Below are positions 9,985-19,651 of a stretch of 64,000 bases of DNA, piece by piece. The position numbers and the translations under genes were made by a program. The notes below the pieces were generated by a model. That model was not told where the DNA came from. It worked only from the letters and a program-made list of their open reading frames with translations, and made no database searches. Source of the DNA: Candidatus Blautia stercoravium (GTDB lineage: Bacteria; Bacillota; Clostridia; Lachnospirales; Lachnospiraceae). The stretch is taken from positions 367-64,366 of the forward strand of contig DXFK01000038.1 in the NCBI GenBank assembly GCA_019114495.1, in the 5' to 3' direction. How positions within the stretch are numbered: the first letter of the stretch is position 1; every line of letters starts with the position of its first letter.

Positions 9985-10940
9985 ACTTGTTCCTCCTTGA
10001 CTCCTCTGAGCTCCTCTGCTATGCTGCATATTTTCCGCAGTCTGTGATTAATACCGGATTTTCCTACAGGGATTGACAGTAAAGTTCCAAGTTCCTTCAA
10101 TGATGCCTGTGGATATTCCAATCTCAATAAAGCTGTCTCTTCCAGATTTTCCGGCAGTCTGTGGAGACCTACGGTATCCCGGATATAAATAATATCCTCC
10201 ATCTGCTTCACAGCGGCATTTACCGTTTTGTTGATATTCGCTGTTTCGCAGTTCACCTTTCTGTTTACAGTGTTGCGCATGCCTTTCAGAATCCTGACAT
10301 TTTCCAGGTTCATAAGAGACACCCCTGCTCCCATAAGTCCCAAAAGTTCTACGATTTGTGCGCCTTCCTTTACATAAACAACATGATACTTTTTGCGTTT
10401 TACTATCTTGGCATCAATTTCAAAAGACTGGATAATTTCCTGCAGCTGCAAGGCCTTCGCCGGAGTCGTACACACGATTTCAAAATGATAAAACTTCTCT
10501 GGATCGCTGATAGAGCCGGCACACAGAAATGCACCTCTTAAAAATGCACGTCTGCAGCAATTCTTCTGAATAACCATTTGGCTGACCAGGGTATCACTGT
10601 GTACGGGTCTTCTTTCCGCTGTCAGAAGCTTCACAGCCTGTAAAATCTTCACAGTTTCCTCCGGGTCCTCTACGTCAATTGTGAATCGGTTGTTTTTTTT
10701 GACTATTCTTTTATCAATAGAAACTTCGCCATTTATTTTAAACGTTTTTTCCAGTAATGTAAAGCATTTTCTTATAATACTTTCATTTTCCGCAGATATC
10801 CTGAGAATAATTTCTTTGGTTGACAGACGGATAATCTCGCCATGAAAGGCAATGATGGCAGCCAGCTCCGCAATCCTGCAATGTCTGGCAGGGTCTACCT
10901 GGCGAAGCAACTCCTCTTTTACATTTCCGGAGAAAGACAT
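9981..10940 (-). CDS. whiA: DNA-binding protein WhiA
   Basis: MSFSGNVKEE, RAFLRGAFLCAGSISDP, NRKVNCETANINKT, GKSGINHRLRK. Confidence 0.95.
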   Translation of the reverse strand: MSFSGNVKEELLRQVDPARHCRIAELAAIIAFHGEIIRLSTKEIILRISAENESIIRKCFTLLEKTFKINGEVSIDKRIVKKNNRFTIDVEDPEETVKILQAVKLLTAERRPVHSDTLVSQMVIQKNCCRRAFLRGAFLCAGSISDPEKFYHFEIVCTTPAKALQLQEIIQSFEIDAKIVKRKKYHVVYVKEGAQIVELLGLMGAGVSLMNLENVRILKGMRNTVNRKVNCETANINKTVNAAVKQMEDIIYIRDTVGLHRLPENLEETALLRLEYPQASLKELGTLLSIPVGKSGINHRLRKICSIAEELRGVKEEQV

Positions 10941-11809
10941 TTTTTCCCATCCTTTTCTATATCTCTATGTTCTACTCTGACCCCGTATTCCTCGTTTTCG
11001 CCCAGACGGCGGTACAACTCATTAGCCAGTGTTACGGAACGGTGTTTGCCTCCTGTACAGCCCACGGCAATGACCAACTGAGTCTTGCCTTCTGTAATAT
11101 AATTCGGAATCAGAAAACGAACCATGTCCTCCAGTTTGTCTGAAAAAGTATGAGCCAAATCAAAACTCATCACATAATCCCGAACCGGAGCGTCGTTCCC
11201 GCTTAAAGGACGGAGATTCTTCAGATAATAGGGATTCGGAAGAAAACGCACATCAAATACCAAATCCGCATCCTGGGGAATTCCATACTTAAATCCAAAG
11301 GAAAGTACTGTTACCATAAGGTTTTTAAACGCTCTGTTTTCCACAAAGATTTTTGCCAGTTCTGCCTTTAATTCCCTGGTCAAAAGCTTGCTGGTATCCA
11401 GAATATAATCTGCATATTCCTTCAACGTTCTCAGCTTTTCCCGCTCTTTATGAATACCGTCGTCCACTCTGCCATTCCCTGCCAGAGGGTGACTGCGTCT
11501 TGTCTCCTTATACCTTCTTACCAGTGTATCCTCGTCTGCATCCAGGAAAAGAATTTCCATACCAACACCGGGGAACTGAATATTTTCCAGTACAGACACC
11601 AGTTCGTCCAGAGATTTGCCGCTCCGAATGTCCACGCCTACAGCCACCCTTTCGATTTCACCCGGACCGCCGTCACGAATCAGTTGTATAAACTTGTCAA
11701 TCAGAGGCACCGGCAGATTGTCCACACAGAAATATTCCATGTCCTCCAACATCTTCAGCGCCGTACTTTTGCCTGCCCCTGACATGCCCGTCACAATTAC
11801 AAACCGCAT
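10919..11809 (-). CDS. rapZ: RNase adapter RapZ / YvcJ family P-loop protein
   Basis: GMSGAGKS, CVDNLP, SFGFKYG, DVRFLPNP, GCTGGKHRSV. Confidence 0.95.
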   Translation of the reverse strand: MRFVIVTGMSGAGKSTALKMLEDMEYFCVDNLPVPLIDKFIQLIRDGGPGEIERVAVGVDIRSGKSLDELVSVLENIQFPGVGMEILFLDADEDTLVRRYKETRRSHPLAGNGRVDDGIHKEREKLRTLKEYADYILDTSKLLTRELKAELAKIFVENRAFKNLMVTVLSFGFKYGIPQDADLVFDVRFLPNPYYLKNLRPLSGNDAPVRDYVMSFDLAHTFSDKLEDMVRFLIPNYITEGKTQLVIAVGCTGGKHRSVTLANELYRRLGENEEYGVRVEHRDIEKDGKKCLSPEM

Positions 11810-11817
11810 AACTCCTC

Positions 11818-12729
11818 CTAAAACTCTCCCAGAAACCGCACTTCCGGCTCCAGTTCCACTCCAAACTGTTCTTTTACCCGCCTTTGTACTTCATGAATCA
11901 AATCCAGTACGTCCTGAGCTGTGGCCTCTCCTTTGTTCACCACAAAGCCACAGTGTTTCTCAGACACCTGGGCGCCGCCCACAGAAAATCCCCGAAGTCC
12001 TGCGTCCATAATCAGCTTGCCTGCAAAATATCCCTCCGGCCTTTTAAAGGTGCTGCCTGCACTTGGCATATCCAGGGGCTGCTTTGTCACTCTGCGCTCT
12101 TTGTAATCCTCCATCTGCTCACGAATGATCTGCCGCTCTCCCCGGCGTAGCTTTAACACAGCCGACACCACGATATATTCTTTTTCCTTCACAATGCTGG
12201 TTCTGTATCCCATTTTCATCTCTTCTGCCGACAGGGTAAGAAGTTCTCCCTCCTGGTTCAGCACAGTGACAGACTCCACAATATCTTTCATCTCACCGCC
12301 GTAAGCACCAGCGTTCATCATTACCGCCCCGCCTATGGTTCCCGGAATACCGGATACGGCTTCCATGCCTGCCAGTCCTGCGTCCAGCGCTTCCTTTGCT
12401 GTCTTTGACAAAAGAGCACCTGCTTTTACCAGAATCCGCTCATCCTTTACTTCCATATCACTGAAGTTTTTTCCAAGCTGAATCACAACTCCCCTGTACC
12501 CTCTGTCGCTGACCAGAAGATTGCTTCCGTTTCCCTGTACGAAAAAAGGAAGCTTCTCTTCTTTACAAATTTGTATAACTTTCTGCAGCTCCTCTGTACT
12601 ATGGGGGCAGAGATAATAGTCTGCCGGACCTCCGATACGGAAGGTGGTATGATTTTTCATAGGTTCCTTCCGCTTCACATTATCACTTCCCAGACAACTG
12701 CAGAAGCGATTTTCTATCTTATTTTCCAT
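11818..12729 (-). CDS. murB: UDP-N-acetylmuramate dehydrogenase
   Basis: HTTFRIGGPA, GNGSNLL, GIPGTIGGAVMMNAGAYG, PSAGSTFKRP, LEPEV. Confidence 0.97.
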   Translation of the reverse strand: MENKIENRFCSCLGSDNVKRKEPMKNHTTFRIGGPADYYLCPHSTEELQKVIQICKEEKLPFFVQGNGSNLLVSDRGYRGVVIQLGKNFSDMEVKDERILVKAGALLSKTAKEALDAGLAGMEAVSGIPGTIGGAVMMNAGAYGGEMKDIVESVTVLNQEGELLTLSAEEMKMGYRTSIVKEKEYIVVSAVLKLRRGERQIIREQMEDYKERRVTKQPLDMPSAGSTFKRPEGYFAGKLIMDAGLRGFSVGGAQVSEKHCGFVVNKGEATAQDVLDLIHEVQRRVKEQFGVELEPEVRFLGEF

Positions 12730-12746
12730 CTGAATACCTCTTTTAT

Positions 12747-13472
12747 TTATTTCTGAAATACCAGGTCTCTAATAACCTCTCCGGCAATCATCAATCCCGC
12801 CACACCCGGCACAAAAGAGACGCTGGCCGGCACCGGTCTTTTGCTGCCGCTTCTGACTTCCAGCGGCGGCTCTTTCCGTTTTTTCTTTGCCACCACTTCT
12901 GTGGAAAACAGCACTTTCACCTTCTTGATTCTTCGCTTTTTCAATTCTGCGCGCATAACTTTCGCCAGCGGGCACACGCTGGTTTTAGAGATGTCCGCTA
13001 CCTGAAAACAAGAAGGATTCAGCTTGTTCCCGGTTCCCATACAGGAAATCACAGGAATTCCCGCTTCCTTCGCCTTCTCAATCAGAAGCAGCTTAGCCGA
13101 TACGGTATCCACGGCATCTATCACATAGTCAAAGGCTGAAAAATCAAACAAATCTGCTGTTTCCTCGCCAAAAAAGGTGTCGTAAGTATGGACAACCGCG
13201 TCCCGGTTAATATCCAAAATTCTCTCCTTTGCTACCAGCACTTTCTTTTTGCCCATTGTGGAGCGCAGCGCCACCAGCTGTCTGTTTAAATTAGTCAGGC
13301 TGACTTCGTCATGGTCTACCAAAGTCAGAGAGCCTACTCCGGCTCTTGCCAGAGCTTCCACCACATAAGAGCCCACTCCGCCGATACCAAAAACTGCAAT
13401 GCGGGAATTGGCCAGTTTCTGAAGCCCTTCCCTTCCTAATAGTTCTTCTGAACGTGAGAATGCATGGAGCAT
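12747..13472 (-). CDS. tcdA: tRNA threonylcarbamoyladenosine dehydratase (ThiF/E1-like family)
   Basis: GIGGVGS, TNLNRQ, DYVIDAVD, ISKTSVCPLAK, SFVPGVAG. Confidence 0.85.
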   Translation of the reverse strand: MLHAFSRSEELLGREGLQKLANSRIAVFGIGGVGSYVVEALARAGVGSLTLVDHDEVSLTNLNRQLVALRSTMGKKKVLVAKERILDINRDAVVHTYDTFFGEETADLFDFSAFDYVIDAVDTVSAKLLLIEKAKEAGIPVISCMGTGNKLNPSCFQVADISKTSVCPLAKVMRAELKKRRIKKVKVLFSTEVVAKKKRKEPPLEVRSGSKRPVPASVSFVPGVAGLMIAGEVIRDLVFQK

Positions 13473-13577
13473 TTTCCGTTTCCTCCTGTAACTGTAATAT
13501 CGTATTTTAACTGTAATCTTTTTTATTATACTATTGTTCGTGATAAAAGTATAGATAAGTTTTCTTAAATTTCAAGC

Positions 13578-13622
13578 AAAAAACAAGAAGTGTATCCCGC
13601 AGCCTTTCCGCAGGACACACTC
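13578..13622 (-). terminator. Intrinsic terminator at the end of the eut operon
   Basis: Minus: GAGTGTGTCCTGCGG-aaagg-CTGCGGGATACACTT followed by CTTGTTTTTT. Confidence 0.75.
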
Positions 13623-13631
13623 CTTAGAATT

Positions 13632-14864
13632 TTAAAAATATGTATAGTTTTTCGGCTTCTCATTCCAGCCAATGGCTCTTTGAATATCTTCCTCATATTT
13701 CCTGTCGCTGCATTCCATTCTCCCTGTCCACAGAAATGCTGAAAGGGGAATGGCGCCCATAACAAGAGAGGATAAATCCGCAATATTGGATTTCAGCACC
13801 ACGTCGGCTTCCCGGTCGCGGGTCAGAAGCACCTTGCCCTCCTGTATGTGGAGAAGGATACTTCCGTTGTTCTGTTCCATAAAATCATCTTCCACCTGCA
13901 GTTCCAGCGTAAATTCTCTTTCTACAGGCTGCTGACAGTGATTCTGCTGGGCAAAATAGCCCTTCAAATCCAGAATCCGGAACATGTACCCCATGTTCTT
14001 TCTTCCGATTTCCTGAATGGCCCCGTCAAAAGCCCGATTTTCGCCGCTGTCCGGGTTGGTAAACATCATATGGAAAAATTCTTCATAAGTATAAATCCGC
14101 ACCCGTTCTATCTGGTCTGTCTGGGAAGCAAAGAAAGTGAGAAACTGCTTCATGGTCTCCATGTCCTCACAGATCAGTTCCCGTACAACCAAGTCATGAT
14201 ACATATCTGTATAATGGTCTACCTCTGCAAATTCAAAGGTGAGATATCCTGTAATCCTGCCCTCTCTTCTGCACACCACCACATACGGCATATCAAAAAT
14301 CCGATGCTTATCCATAAAGGGGTGCAGTGTAGCCCCGTGAGTTTTCCCGGCATACGTTCTGTAAAATTCCAGAATTTCCTCTCTCTCCTCCGGCTTTGCA
14401 TAGGATAACCCGGATTTGTCACCATAAGAACGGATATATTGGGGACGGGGAGAATACATCATGGTTTCATTGCAGTAACCGAAGCCCATTTTATGATAAA
14501 AGGCAGGGTTAAAGGGGTGCAGCGCACCCACGGTTCTGCCCGTCTTTGCAAAAAATCCCAGCCCTACACGGACAAGGTTTTTGGCGATGTGCTCTTTCTT
14601 GTGGAGAAAGCTAGTGGACAGATAAGCCGTTCCGCCCATCTGCATCAGCTTTCCCCGCACATTCACTTCAAAATCCATCAGAAGAGAAGAACCAATCAGA
14701 TTTCCACTGTCATCAAAGCAGCCCAGATAATGCCCTTCTTCCGGACTTTTCAATTCTCCCGCCATATTGTGAAGCAGAGCCTCCGGCGTTTTAGAAGGAA
14801 ATCCCGTCACCACATTTGTCGCCAGCTGTGCTTCTTCTTCAGGCCGTACAAAGCGAATATCCAT
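13632..14864 (-). CDS. Eis-family GNAT acetyltransferase (tandem GNAT plus SCP2-like C-terminus)
   Basis: 410 aa; STSFLHKKEHIA as the GNAT motif-A equivalent, ALHPFNPAFYHKMGFG, C-terminal DVVLKSNIADLSSLVMG. Confidence 0.8.
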   Translation of the reverse strand: MDIRFVRPEEEAQLATNVVTGFPSKTPEALLHNMAGELKSPEEGHYLGCFDDSGNLIGSSLLMDFEVNVRGKLMQMGGTAYLSTSFLHKKEHIAKNLVRVGLGFFAKTGRTVGALHPFNPAFYHKMGFGYCNETMMYSPRPQYIRSYGDKSGLSYAKPEEREEILEFYRTYAGKTHGATLHPFMDKHRIFDMPYVVVCRREGRITGYLTFEFAEVDHYTDMYHDLVVRELICEDMETMKQFLTFFASQTDQIERVRIYTYEEFFHMMFTNPDSGENRAFDGAIQEIGRKNMGYMFRILDLKGYFAQQNHCQQPVEREFTLELQVEDDFMEQNNGSILLHIQEGKVLLTRDREADVVLKSNIADLSSLVMGAIPLSAFLWTGRMECSDRKYEEDIQRAIGWNEKPKNYTYF

Positions 14865-14879
14865 GCTTCTCTCTCCTTT

Positions 14880-15314
14880 TTACTGCCAGTCTGCCGGATA
14901 TACAAAATACGCATATCTGGTCTTGGAAGGAGTCTGGAAGTGAATATGGGAATTTTTCGGAATGTAAATGATATCTCCCGGGTTTCCTGTTACCACACGT
15001 CCGTCAATCTCGATTTCCAGCACCCCGTCAATGTCCAAGTCGTACTCATCATAAGTCAGCGTCCATTCAAAACTGGTGTGGTCCAGTTCCATAATGCCGC
15101 ATCCCATTCTGGGTGCTTCTTCCAGTGTGACCACATCTTTCAGAGCCACACCTTCCTGTTTAAAAGGCTCACATTTTACGGTATCTGTCTGAATTTTCAG
15201 GATTCCGCTGGGGTCTTTTTCCTTTACAAAATCTTCTTTGGGAGTTTCCGCTTTGGCGGATTCTGCCAGTACCTGCTTTACTACCTCACGAATCAGTTCT
15301 TCACTTACGTTCAT
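14880..15314 (-). CDS. eutQ: Ethanolamine utilisation cupin EutQ
   Basis: RMGCGIME...FEWTLTYDE...GDIIYIPKNSHIHF...YFVYPADW. Confidence 0.9.
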   Translation of the reverse strand: MNVSEELIREVVKQVLAESAKAETPKEDFVKEKDPSGILKIQTDTVKCEPFKQEGVALKDVVTLEEAPRMGCGIMELDHTSFEWTLTYDEYDLDIDGVLEIEIDGRVVTGNPGDIIYIPKNSHIHFQTPSKTRYAYFVYPADWQ

Positions 15315-15359
15315 TTCTGCTACCTCTCCTTTCGGAATGCTCTTTTTGTCTTATTCTTC

Positions 15360-16586
15360 CTATTTTTCCGTCTGTGCGCTCTGTACCTTGGACAGCAGCT
15401 TCGGTGAAAGAATATTAGCAAGAATCAGCGCTGTAATACCAGCTACCAGCTTTCCTACGATAACCGGGAAAATCATTTCGGAATTGACACCTGCGGTAAA
15501 TCCAAGGTGGTCACCAAATACAAAGGCTGCACTGACTGCAAATGCAACGTTTAACAGTTTTCCTTTAGGGTTCATCTTGTCCATGATGTTAAACATGGCA
15601 ATGTTGTTAGCCAATGTTGCTACCATACCTGCAGAACCGTTTTCGTCCATACCGAATTTTTTGCCCAGGGTATTTAAGGCCTTTCCAAACGTACGGGTAA
15701 TCCAGAGTACCATAGGGAAAGCACCGATTAATACGATAGAAATCTGTCCACATGTCAAAAGTCCGGATTCCAGAGGAATGACACCGTCTGCATTTGGCTC
15801 TACCATGATATTGAACAGCGGGAATTTAATCTTTGTCTGATACTCAAAAACAGCAATAGCTGTCAAGGCTGTAATAACGATGGTAACACCTGTACCAAAT
15901 TTATTAAATCCGCTAATCATTTTTGCCGGTGCAAACCATAGGCCGAGAACAATGAGACCTGCGATGATGATAACTGGAATCAGGTTTACTAAAATAGTCA
16001 GAATATTAATCTTGTACTGAGTCACGTTCATAACCAGACCGCCGGCGATACATCCGATAGGAATGGTAATCATACCGGCGAGAATACCAGCACCAAGGTA
16101 TGGTCTATCTTCTTTTTTAATAATAGAAAGGGCTACCGGAATAGTAAATACCAGAGTAGGTCCCATCATGGTTCCCAGTATCAAACCTGAGAAGTTACCA
16201 AGTGTTTTCGTTCCTGCCAATTCCATAGCCAGGGGGTATCCACCCATATCACAGGCCAGAAGTGTGGTTGCAAACATGGATGCGTCTGCGCCCAGCAGTT
16301 CGTAAATAGGGACGATAATCGGTTTTAATAAAATCGCCAGTACCGGCGCTGCTGCAACAACGCCTGCCATAGCCATAGCAAGAGGTCCCATGGCGTTAAA
16401 GCCTTCTTCAAACTGCTCGCCGTATCCGTGTTTGTTGCCCCGTATTTTATCCACGGCGCCTACGATCATGAAAATCATCATGACTAAAATGATAACTGAG
16501 TTAATGGACAGACCGGAAACCCAGTCTTTGATACTTTGTGTAAAAACCTCGACGTTGGTAATATTGTCAATTAATTCCTGAAACAT
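15360..16586 (-). CDS. eutH: Ethanolamine permease EutH
   Basis: Polytopic membrane protein; LLACDMGGY, LGTMMGPT, ANNIAMF, FVFGDHLGFTA. Confidence 0.93.
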   Translation of the reverse strand: MFQELIDNITNVEVFTQSIKDWVSGLSINSVIILVMMIFMIVGAVDKIRGNKHGYGEQFEEGFNAMGPLAMAMAGVVAAAPVLAILLKPIIVPIYELLGADASMFATTLLACDMGGYPLAMELAGTKTLGNFSGLILGTMMGPTLVFTIPVALSIIKKEDRPYLGAGILAGMITIPIGCIAGGLVMNVTQYKINILTILVNLIPVIIIAGLIVLGLWFAPAKMISGFNKFGTGVTIVITALTAIAVFEYQTKIKFPLFNIMVEPNADGVIPLESGLLTCGQISIVLIGAFPMVLWITRTFGKALNTLGKKFGMDENGSAGMVATLANNIAMFNIMDKMNPKGKLLNVAFAVSAAFVFGDHLGFTAGVNSEMIFPVIVGKLVAGITALILANILSPKLLSKVQSAQTEK

Positions 16587-16642
16587 ACTTTCCTCCTCCT
16601 GCTGCCTTGTCTGACACTGCAGCCTTTTCTCTTAAAGTGTAG

Positions 16643-17182
16643 TTACAGCAAGGACTGGAAAACCTGTGGAGAAGGCCGCGGAATAACGGTACTTTCCACA
16701 TACAGGTCTTTGTCCTGTTTTGCTGCTTCCACGGCAGCCCGCACTGCCCCTACATCTCCGGTCAGAGTCACAAAACCTTTTCCTCCAATAGCATAGCCGA
16801 TACGCACTTCAATCAGCGTGATGCTGGCCGCCTTGGCCGCTTCATCTGCAGCCAGAATGGCAGAAGCCACGGAATAAAATTCCAATACGCCTACAGCTCC
16901 CGGATTTTCCACTGCCACGGTTCCGGCAAGCGCCGGAATCAGTTGTTCGTGTACATTGGAAATGTTCAGGGAATCCACCACATAAGCTCCGCCTTTTGCC
17001 AGTCCTTCCTCCATTGCAGCTTTCACATCTCCTGTGTCACCGCCTACAATGATAATATATTTTCCCGGACAAACTGTGGAAGAGCGTATCAAATCTACCT
17101 GCGCGGCTTTTACCATAAAGTCGCTGGTTTCAATTCCCCTTGCAATGCTGGACAGTTCCACCATACCGATTGCTTTGCCCAT
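16643..17182 (-). CDS. pduT: Tandem BMC shell protein, PduT-like
   Basis: Two BMC domains; TVCPGKY carrying the pore Cys; GGKGFVTLTGDVGAV. Confidence 0.85.
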   Translation of the reverse strand: MGKAIGMVELSSIARGIETSDFMVKAAQVDLIRSSTVCPGKYIIIVGGDTGDVKAAMEEGLAKGGAYVVDSLNISNVHEQLIPALAGTVAVENPGAVGVLEFYSVASAILAADEAAKAASITLIEVRIGYAIGGKGFVTLTGDVGAVRAAVEAAKQDKDLYVESTVIPRPSPQVFQSLL

Positions 17183-17185
17183 GAT

Positions 17186-18535
17186 TTATACCTCCTCTCC
17201 ACAGATTCTGATGTATGTATCTGTCACTTCTTTTACAATCCCTGCCAGTCCTGTATGAATATTTACAGAAAGGCCTTCCGCTGCCTGAGCCACCAGAGCG
17301 TTCTTTTCCACATACTCACCCTCATGCACCACAGCCTGAGCCGGTTTGCCGATATGCTGAGACAGTAAAATCCGGCACGCTTTAACTTCCAGTTCTTTTT
17401 CTACGGGAAGTTCATGGGTTACATACGCGGTAAGTTCCAGTCTGGCGATGAGCCGTTCTGTGGGAATCTTACGGTTCTGTATGGCTTCTCTGGCTTCCGG
17501 ATACATGTTTTTCTGAGGATTGATTCCCTTTTCTCTCAGCAGCCCTTTTGCGTATTCATTCATCCTCCTGGGTGAAAGTCCCATAGGGCAGGCAAACATT
17601 TCACAGATGCCGCAGCTGCAGCAGTTCACGGCGCTGCCAAAAGCTTTTTCATACTCTGCTGCATCGGCGAGCATACTCTCTCTCCACAGGTTTCTCATAA
17701 CTACATTAGGTCTTACTTCATGTCCCAGCATAAAACGGGGACACATATCCGTGCACATTTTACACTGGATACATGCTGCGGCTGCCTGGCGAATCATGCG
17801 CTCTCTTGGAAGTTCACTTCTCTTTACCAGATAATGATCTTTCGGCAGTACGAGAAGATTTCCCGTGGTCTTTGTGACCGTAGCTCTGTGGATTTCGTCC
17901 TCTTCTCTCAACATTTTTCCCATCATGGGACCGCCCACAATAACTGCGTACTCCCGTTCTGTAAGCTCTGCATCGCTTAGTATCTGTGTAATGGGTGTTC
18001 CAAGCGGCACATGATACATGCCTGTACGCTTCACCGCACCGGTAACAGAAAGGTATTTTTCGGAAACAGGTTTTCCCTCCAGTGCGTCTGCAATAGAGAG
18101 CACAGTTCCCACATTGTCTACCACACAGCCCACATCCAGAGGCAGCCCCCTTTCGGGAACACTTCTTCCTGTAACTTCATATACAATGACCTGCTCATCT
18201 CCGGCAGGATAAAAGGTTCTCATACCGCAAATTTCCACTCTGGCGTTCTGGCGCTCAATTTCTGCCTGCAGAGCAGCGATTTCTCTCTTATATTTTGCCT
18301 TTATGGCAATGACACAGTGGGCTGCTTCCAGATGTTCCGCAATCCGCACTGCCGTCCTGATAATTCTTTCGGGAAATGTTCTGCAGAGATACTTATCTGT
18401 CTCAATCAGCGGCTCGCATTCTGCCGCATTGATGATAAAATACTCTGCTTTCGCATTCAGTTTCACATAAGTGGGGAAACCGGCGCCGCCGGCTCCCACG
18501 ATTCCCGCTTCTTTGATGGTTTCTACGAAACTCAT
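17186..18535 (-). CDS. pduS: Cobalamin reductase PduS (RnfC-like)
   Basis: GIVGAGGAGFPT, NAAECEPL, YPAGDE; CIQCKMCTDMCP and CCSCGICEMFACP Fe-S motifs. Confidence 0.88.
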   Translation of the reverse strand: MSFVETIKEAGIVGAGGAGFPTYVKLNAKAEYFIINAAECEPLIETDKYLCRTFPERIIRTAVRIAEHLEAAHCVIAIKAKYKREIAALQAEIERQNARVEICGMRTFYPAGDEQVIVYEVTGRSVPERGLPLDVGCVVDNVGTVLSIADALEGKPVSEKYLSVTGAVKRTGMYHVPLGTPITQILSDAELTEREYAVIVGGPMMGKMLREEDEIHRATVTKTTGNLLVLPKDHYLVKRSELPRERMIRQAAAACIQCKMCTDMCPRFMLGHEVRPNVVMRNLWRESMLADAAEYEKAFGSAVNCCSCGICEMFACPMGLSPRRMNEYAKGLLREKGINPQKNMYPEAREAIQNRKIPTERLIARLELTAYVTHELPVEKELEVKACRILLSQHIGKPAQAVVHEGEYVEKNALVAQAAEGLSVNIHTGLAGIVKEVTDTYIRICGEEV

Positions 18536-18553
18536 TGCCTCACCGCTTTCCGC

Positions 18554-18835
18554 TTAAATCATATCTTCCTCTATTTCCTGGTCATCTACAATGCCCACCA
18601 CAGTGGCGTCCACGGGAATATCGCTTCCCCCTGCCGCATTCCGGGCAGAACTTCCGCCTACATAAATCACTTTTTCTCCCACTCCGGCGCCAATGATATC
18701 CGCCGCCACAATGGGATACTCGATGGGTTTATCGTCCAGCAGGTTCACCGGCTGAATAACCAGAAGCTTCAGCCCTGCCAGTTTTTCCTCTTTTCTGGTT
18801 GCCCAGATGGTTCCGATAACTTTTCCTGTTTTCAT
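18554..18835 (-). CDS. eutN: BMC pentamer EutN/CcmL
   Basis: GKVIGTIWATRK, DIIGAGVGEKV, GSSAR, VDATVVGIVD. Confidence 0.95.
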   Translation of the reverse strand: MKTGKVIGTIWATRKEEKLAGLKLLVIQPVNLLDDKPIEYPIVAADIIGAGVGEKVIYVGGSSARNAAGGSDIPVDATVVGIVDDQEIEEDMI

Positions 18836-19617
18836 AGGCGCTTTTCTCTCTTTCCTGAGGAGATATCTCTGCGTTCTATGATGATTTTATGTTTTGCAGC
18901 ATATTCTTTAGCCAAATCGGATAAAATGGATTTTTCTCTGATAATCACCTGTTTTATTCGCTGGTTTCCCAGAGAAATCATATCTTTTTCCGTAATAATT
19001 TTCTTATCCAGCACGGCTTCCCGCAGTTCTTCTGTACTGTCCTCGGCTGTACATCTGCCTGGCTCTGTATGGCTGCATTCCGGCATTTTTTCCGTCTCTT
19101 TTGGACAATACTCTGCGGTTTCCCCGCTGCCTGCAGTTTCTGTGGCCGTGCCGTGCAGAATCAAATCTGGTATCTGCTCATGAGGGGCAATCACCAGGCC
19201 GCTGTCCTTTAACAGCTGCAGATTGGTTTCCAGGCATCCGTAAAAGGCCTTTGGCGCTGTATTCCGGTATCGGCAAAGTTCAATGCCTTCTTCTGCGGCA
19301 TAAATTTTCTTTCCCTCCAGAATCGCCTGTCCCAGAAGTCTGGTAAAACCATTGTCGAAAATGCCATGGGTAACTTTTCCCAACGCCTCGTTTGACAGGG
19401 TGTAGAGCACCACGGCCTCACAGTCCTTCACACAGCACTGATAGTCAGCAAGCAGGGCGCACTCCATGTGGTAATATCTGCCAAGTTCTGTGTTCTCCAA
19501 CGTTTCATGGCAAATGGTTCCGTGTTCTTCGGTGAGAACCAGAATAGAAGGCAGTTGTACATCCTGCAGTTTTTCCTTCACTCTTTTACAGATTTCGTTT
19601 AACAACTCTGTGTCCAC
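18832..19617 (-). CDS. Conserved eut-associated hypothetical protein (PduM-like)
   Basis: N-terminal amphipathic helix, AILEGKKIY region, C-terminal KKIITEKD...ILSDLAKEYA; lies between eutJ and eutN. Confidence 0.7.
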   Translation of the reverse strand: MDTELLNEICKRVKEKLQDVQLPSILVLTEEHGTICHETLENTELGRYYHMECALLADYQCCVKDCEAVVLYTLSNEALGKVTHGIFDNGFTRLLGQAILEGKKIYAAEEGIELCRYRNTAPKAFYGCLETNLQLLKDSGLVIAPHEQIPDLILHGTATETAGSGETAEYCPKETEKMPECSHTEPGRCTAEDSTEELREAVLDKKIITEKDMISLGNQRIKQVIIREKSILSDLAKEYAAKHKIIIERRDISSGKREKRL

Positions 19618-19651
19618 GCGATTCTCCTCCTTTCTGCTTTTTCTGCCTGTC

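Noticed and set aside
10919-10940. 22-nt rapZ/whiA overlap as a possible frameshift
   Set aside because: Both proteins are full length; ordinary coupling
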